From Pseudovirgaria hyperparasitica (lineage: Eukaryota), in NCBI GenBank assembly GCA_010093815.1, contig ML996566.1: a stretch of 64,000 nt of DNA; one strand, written 5' to 3'. The translations under genes and the position numbers were made by a program. Positions 60,701 to 64,000 of the stretch are shown piece by piece. Below the pieces are notes generated by a model. It ran no database searches. It was given only the letters and a program-made list of their open reading frames with translations, and was not told where the DNA came from. Numbering within the stretch: position 1 is the stretch's first letter; each line of letters begins with the position of its first letter.

Positions 60701-63700
60701 GATGTAATGTTGTTGATGCACAATGATATATGGTGGGTATGGGCAAGTATGTATGGACCGGGATGTGATATCGCTACGTGGAAGTTAATCTTGACTTTGG
60801 GTCTGTGACGGAAGAGAAGCTGTTGATGATGTGGAAAGGGGCAACAGGCTGAAGTATAAATCCCAAGCTGTCGAGGCTGACGATGAGTAGGTAAGAATGT
60901 CGAGCGTTGGATGAACACACCAAGCCGATCAAGTGCGACAGAAGGATCATGTCCAGGACATCATCTCGATCTTTTCAACAACCGGATAAACACCTAACAA
61001 GCGAAGACGTGTGTTAGACATGCGGCATATGGACCATGCATGTCCCACGTTCGAGCTTGATGGCCGCCTCTGACTTCATCTGGGGCACAAATGTCAGACT
61101 ATTTCATCACCACGAGGCAGGCATGGGTCGGCCATAGCGTTGGTGGCGGAGTCAGAACAGAGGCGTGCTACATGTTCATGATAAGCTGGATAGGTACGAG
61201 TTCTGAGGCAGCCATGCCGGAGTCTAGTAGATCAACTACCAAGCTATGGATCCAACGAACAGGCGAAGAATTACGACGTCTGAAGGATTCCTGTCTGCAC
61301 GTTAGAGACAATGGTTGTCTTCTCTCTGCACAGATCTATTCGCCTTGCCATGCAACATTGGAACGCCCCATAAACCGTTTGTTGTATGGACTCCACTGGG
61401 ACCCGAGTACTGCGCTGGGTTTTGCGGCTGATTTCGAGGTTCTGGCCCCTGTCTTCAAAGACGCGTCAGGCAGAGGATAGAGGGAGATGCAAGGAGGGAA
61501 GCCAAGCCTGAAGCGGACTGGCTCTCGTATACGAGCTTTATGTGATGGCACAAGCAGTATGACAGCCGAGAGCTGCATCACACAGAACCAGAGGTATGGT
61601 TTTCCGAAGGTCGGATACGGCGTGCTATGGCGATGAGAAGCAAGACCAGTTTCAATGGAAGAGTTGTCCTGCATAATGCTAGCACTGCTACTCGATAATC
61701 AGGGTCTCCGGACGAATTTGGCGATGCCAATGAAGCATTATCTGGGCCAAGCGGATGGCCGGGCCACATGTCTGACATGCATATCCTCGTCGGTTGAGAC
61801 GAATGGTAAATACTGGGCTTGCATCCGACAGGAACGGTACCGCGCTAGGGTCCCCTGCTCCCGGTATCTCAGTATTCGCTGATCGCATTCCCATGTGCTT
61901 TCGCGATGCAGATGATGTTACGGTTAAGCCCATTTTCCCCCGCGCGTTTGCTCTTGTCAGTTATCCTTGCAATGAAGCATGGAGTAGCAGTAAGATTATG
62001 TCTAGCTCAAGAGATCCTCTGGGTGATACTGTGCACAGTAACAGGGTGACATTCGGTATTAGAAGAATCGGTGAGGACCCGGTGCAACCAGATTGGATCA
62101 AGTTGAAGATAGAGCTGTCTTAGCAAGCTTAGGGTACGTTATCAGTTAGCTGATGATGTGGTGACCAAGCTGGAGAATGCTCGTCAGCGTCGTTATACTG
62201 CTCATTCATGCTCAGTATTGTCGAACCAGCGATTCTACCATTCCAACCTCCAACAAACTCGGCATAAGCAAGGTCAGGTCCTGTAGCATCCTGTTGGAGG
62301 AAATGTAACTGTCCAAGTAAGTACTGTACAAGATAGTGGCTCAGCAGCTGCTCAATTGACGGGAGTAACAAGGTGCGGGCCGCGATCGACAGTTGAAATC
62401 CCATCCGGTCAACGTACAAGCGTCAGGTGTAGCACTATGTTATGGAGTATTGCACGGTTTGAGTATTGGTCAAGACATCTTTGACGATCATGTTGGCGTG
62501 TGGGGTTTGCGTAGCGTGGGAGGCTTATCGATAAATCGACCCTAATCAAGTCATAAAGTGATGAAAAACATTCTTTTTTTGGCTGAAGCTACGTTAAGAT
62601 GCACGAGCTAGCTGTGGCTGGTGAGAAAGTTTGTTCGTGCCCCCAGAAAAATGTCTTGTTTATTACTCAATCACTCTATGATCATCGTCTAGCGCAAGTT
62701 TCTGATAGGAGAATTACGCTGGTCAGGCATGCGTCATCATCAAATCACCCCAAGAAAAAATAGTCCCATCATGTCAGGCTCACGGCCACGCTCGACAGCA
62801 TAGCCAACGCGTCGTGCGGTCTCGCATTCTCCCCATATCAATATCTTCCGAGCCTACCGTGCCCGTCCTCCCGAATACCATTTGCCGTGTAGGAAGTAGT
62901 TCTTACACCAACCGGTCCCGCGTTGACAAAGACGAACAGCCAGTAGAACCCATACCAACATTTGAGTTCTTTCGCTACTAGCCAGGTTGGTGATTTTTCG
63001 TATTCCGTGCGTCTCTGCATATCGCAACCGTGAAGTGAGTTGTGCTGCGGAAGGAGTACATAGTCTGATATCTTGCAAAAGGCATCATCCAATGACTAAA
63101 AGCTGCCGTGGCTCTATCGATCCTGTATCTTGGCTCGTGTTAGATCCACCCTCGATTTCTGCCTTACCTTGTCTCAGCACACCCGCTTAGTCGGCATCGC
63201 TCGCCGGACTATCGTGGGCTTCGTCGCTCCTATTGCTGTACCCCACGATACGAAGGTGGCTTTTGCGAGGCCGGTAGACCCTAAGGCAGCAGGGGAAATG
63301 CGACAGTCTGAGGCGAGTGCACGTGAGGTAAGGAACCTGGCTTGCATTCTTTTGTTGACCCACTCCTTCTAAACGTCTAGATGGTGCAGATCTTCTGTGC
63401 CCTGCAGCGAATAGCAAGATACGTGCGTGACGTGGGCCGTGGACTCGTGGACCCATTCAGTGACCTGCTATCTTTGGCCCGTCAGGTACCATCAAGATGA
63501 CTATTCGTAGAACAACCGCAAACCCGATAGCGCAATTGCGATGTTCACAGCTTAAGATCTGTTTCAGGTGTACTGGATGGTGGCCCTCGCATGGGATCTG
63601 ATACATCATGGAGTGGTGTGTTATGATTTAGGCATGTCATCTGTACTCGGGTCCGCTAATACAGTAGACACTCCAAGAACCCCAAGAAGTTAGGCAAGCG

Positions 63701-64000
63701 AGCCAAACCCACTATCACAGCCAGACAGACACCAGCTGAAACTCTCGACCGCTGTATGTCGGACCAAGCTTTCGGGTTTTGGGGGCGTCTCTCTCGGAAT
63801 GCTTGCCGTTGACGCGAAAAGATCGGCCAGCAGCACCCTGCTGTTCTGCCCTCACGAAGCCACAAGCGCGGACAGTTTGTATTTTACTGCATGCTGATCG
63901 GTAAGGAACATGTTCGTCCGGTAACGGTTCCTTTGATGATAACGACGCTATCAACGCTTCTTTGGCTGGGAGTGAGCCATGCAGTGCCTCAACGGGACAT

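Noticed and set aside
60900..64000. Numerous 60-130 aa ORFs upstream of the Myb gene, examined for a flavin reductase or transporter
   Set aside because: No recognisable domain or consistent exon chain found

Overview
Gene-dense region of a filamentous ascomycete (Pezizomycotina-type short GT-AG introns with CTRAC branch points; RIP-like CpA>TpA mutations). Housekeeping genes: IDH2 3' end, a PPR protein, LSM4, NAM9, La/LHP1, an SREBP-like bHLH factor, a BRD8/Bdc1-like bromodomain protein, COX11, a HIT zinc finger protein, a PTH11-like membrane protein, SPO7 and a CLD1/ICT1-like hydrolase. Three accessory parts stand out. (1) An 8.4 kb Helitron (6764-15175) with a RepHel broken by only one stop and one frameshift, plus antisense cargo genes; a 348 bp non-autonomous relative is fused head-to-tail to it (15176-15523). 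(2) A degenerate island at about 19.5-24.7 kb with tandem repeats and an unannotated 3-exon, 84-aa micro-gene carrying a PP1-docking-like KSVTW motif and a Cys-rich tail. (3) A compact candidate organosulfur-scavenging cluster at 52.1-60.7 kb: SfnB/MsuC/DszC-like monooxygenase, MDR oxidoreductase, SfnG-like dimethylsulfone monooxygenase and a 3-repeat Myb factor. Both monooxygenases are nearly free of Cys/Met, two enzymes carry NLS-like terminal extensions, and no canonical flavin reductase is present. All calls come from manual reading and motif recognition; no searches were run.
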